A stretch of 61,629 nt of DNA, the filler included. It is 5 parts of 5 records of this genome, joined end to end, with 100 filler letters (N's around TTAATTAATTAA, not from the genome) between each part and the next. Parts side by side here need not be neighbours in the genome. Positions count along the whole stretch, not along the records: positions 54,503 to 61,629 come from SRR31156797_432; 4 more parts are not named here. The stretch is one strand, 5' to 3'. Positions 59,676 to 61,629 of this stretch are shown here, piece by piece; position 1 is the first letter of the stretch, and each line of letters starts with the position of its first letter. The notes beneath the pieces were generated by a model. The model was not told the DNA's origin and made no database searches. It saw only the letters and a program-made list of their open reading frames with translations. Both the position numbers and the translations under genes were made by a program.

Positions 59676-61472
59676 TCAACGACCTGATTTCACACAAAAT
59701 GTTTTTATATAATTCAGGTATTCAGATCGGATATACGGATCTTTTTCATAGTAATGGAGTCTTTCAAAAATACCGCGGGCGCCGTTTGAATGAACAACTT
59801 GTCGGCCTTGCTCTTTATAAAGACCCACAATCAACTGCGACGCAAATGCAAAAAAAACATCAATAATTCGTTCCCTGAATGATGAACGGCCTCTTTTTGT
59901 AGGAAATTTGAATGCCTTCCAGGCAATATAGAGGGAGTTAGCCAGAGCTGTTTTGGTGGAAGCCGCTGCATTGACAGCTTCGAAACTCATGATTGCAACC
60001 AGAAGAGGGCTGCAACTCAATGACGCCGGAGGAATTCTGTTGATTTCAGCCAAATCGGTCAGGCAAAGGCTCAACAAGTACTTCATCGAACCCGGCGCCC
60101 CGTATAATAATGATTTCTCATCCTGACTCTTTTTAAACAGCTTTGAACCCGGCAGCGCGGTCAAGGAACAAGGTTGAAGCCCAATGTGATTACTAATGCA
60201 AAAATCCGCAATTTCACTTCCCGTGTTGTCGCGTATTGTATGAAAATAATCGTAAGGCAAACCAAATATAAATGACCCGTGAATGGAAATGCCATAATTC
60301 TGTATTTTCCTGATTTGCTCGGCATAGTATTGTTTAACGGAAAGCCCGCTTTTTTGAATATCCGAGGATATATGTTTTTCAGTAAAAGATATATTCCAGT
60401 TGTCCAGGGATTCCATTCCGATAAAAAAATGAGTCGCTCCCGCGTCCCGAAGTTTTCTTAATAATGTCTCATCCGAGGCAATATCAATGGATATCTGGGT
60501 TGCAAAGTTTACACGCAGTTTTCTGTCTATAATTCCATTCAAAATGTTGTTCAAAACCTTTTTTCCCACTACGAGGTTGTCAGGCAGAAAAAAGAAATAC
60601 CTTGAATGAAGTTTTCCCGAAGCTTGGTGAAATTCCAATTCATCCAAAAAATCATCCACATCACGTGATGTAAATTTCCTGTCTTTTAGAGGTAATGTGG
60701 AAATAGAACAAAAGTTGCACGAATAAGGGCAGCCCAGGTAAGGGGCCACGGGAATAATTCTCATTACCTTGCCAACCCATTTGCCTATCAAGGGAATTTT
60801 GGGCGAGTGCTTCATTTTTATAGGCGGCAGGTAAGAAATATTGTCCTGAACTTTCCACATTCCGTTTTCAATCATCACCGACCCGCGATATTTTTTCTTC
60901 AATGAACTATTCTTTAGGTCGTTAATCACTGAAACTAGTATTGAAGTGTCGCCCGGTCCAGTCACATAAGTAACGATTTCAGGATGCGGAACATACTTTC
61001 TAATGAAAAGGTCCACATCATTTTGAGATGTAGATACATGTATGCCGCCGATAATTACTGGAATTTCAGCGTAATTCATAATGATGGCTGAAGCCGCCGC
61101 TGTCGGGAAATTGGTGCTCATACATGTTATGAAAACAGCCAAAGGAAGTTTATCTCTGTTTTTGATTACTTCCTTAATTGTCCTTCTTTTACCGTCAACT
61201 AAAACGACATCGCTTTCCGGATCGATTTTGGCAATTTGGGCGCCGATGTAATGCATGGCATAACTTTCAACGGCAAAAGATTCGACCATGCTTTCGCGTT
61301 GCATTTTGCTATTGAATTCAAGATATTCCAGAAAATTGGATTTGTTGATATTGCGGGCGTTTTTGGCGGTTAAATAACTTATTACGTCAAAAGGATTAAC
61401 ATCGTCATAATCCCATAAATCCATAATATTATAGGTCAGTGGATTATACATTACATAATAATCACGCGTCAT
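59676..61472 (-). CDS. Radical SAM protein with N-terminal cobalamin-binding-like domain
   Basis: VIIGGIHVS, GCPYSCNFC, FFLPDN, FIGMES, GSFIFGLP.D, LPGS; ATG 61472 after GGAG. Confidence 0.82.
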   Translation of the reverse strand: MTRDYYVMYNPLTYNIMDLWDYDDVNPFDVISYLTAKNARNINKSNFLEYLEFNSKMQRESMVESFAVESYAMHYIGAQIAKIDPESDVVLVDGKRRTIKEVIKNRDKLPLAVFITCMSTNFPTAAASAIIMNYAEIPVIIGGIHVSTSQNDVDLFIRKYVPHPEIVTYVTGPGDTSILVSVINDLKNSSLKKKYRGSVMIENGMWKVQDNISYLPPIKMKHSPKIPLIGKWVGKVMRIIPVAPYLGCPYSCNFCSISTLPLKDRKFTSRDVDDFLDELEFHQASGKLHSRYFFFLPDNLVVGKKVLNNILNGIIDRKLRVNFATQISIDIASDETLLRKLRDAGATHFFIGMESLDNWNISFTEKHISSDIQKSGLSVKQYYAEQIRKIQNYGISIHGSFIFGLPYDYFHTIRDNTGSEIADFCISNHIGLQPCSLTALPGSKLFKKSQDEKSLLYGAPGSMKYLLSLCLTDLAEINRIPPASLSCSPLLVAIMSFEAVNAAASTKTALANSLYIAWKAFKFPTKRGRSSFRERIIDVFFAFASQLIVGLYKEQGRQVVHSNGARGIFERLHYYEKDPYIRSEYLNYIKTFCVKSGR

Positions 61473-61629
61473 ATATACTCCATTGAGGTAAATTTCGTAC
61501 ACGATCACGGATTATTTTCGACAACTCATTTTATAGAAGTTCAGATTGAATCCAAGTAACAAAGCGCTTCGGCGACGGTCGACGCCTCAAATGTTTTGGT
61601 AGTGTCTGTCCAGAAATGAGGGATTTTTC

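Noticed and set aside
1-61629. CRISPR arrays, tRNA or rRNA genes, intact transposases, phage genes
   Set aside because: No regularly spaced repeats, cloverleaf or rRNA signatures, or matching protein motifs were seen by eye.

Overview
This is not one continuous locus. Five contigs are joined by 100-bp N44-TTAATTAATTAA-N44 spacers (9382-9481, 20991-21090, 44036-44135, 54403-54502), so gene order across the spacers means nothing. Contig 1 (1-9381) is very AT-rich and looks Fusobacteriota/Firmicutes-like. It holds an SDR, two tandem isochorismatases, a DHH-CBS tRNA nucleotidyltransferase and an OmpR/HK pair flanked by a family of secreted repeat proteins with DGxxGAS motifs. Contigs 2-5 look like Desulfobacterota; this is inferred from gene content. 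Contig 2 has a PEP-CTERM-linked N-acyl amino acid synthase, a VAO/PCMH flavoprotein, a VPLPA-CTERM protein, a decayed TonB receptor with AraC and fumarase remnants, CsgG, DsbC, DDAH and an amino-acid ABC transporter. Contig 3 has azlCD, TPR/DUF4037/DUF4125, the saccharopine pathway genes (LKR+SDH), EamA transporters, oadGAB and two MITEs. It also carries an operon of PaaI thioesterase, KamA-like radical SAM aminomutase, class III aminotransferase, PcaF-type thiolase and NAD-GDH. That operon is the best candidate for an undescribed system: a 2,3-aminomutase/beta-transaminase/thiolase route for amino-acid breakdown, possibly 2-aminoadipate to 3-oxoadipate. Contig 4 has a Mop-type aldehyde oxidoreductase with TusE and a cysteine desulfurase, then ppnN, a TMTC-like protein and a GT2. 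Contig 5 has a family-5 SBP, an atypical sigma54 activator, a PAS-GGDEF protein, serine dehydratase and a B12/radical SAM enzyme. All family calls come from motif recognition; no database searches were run.
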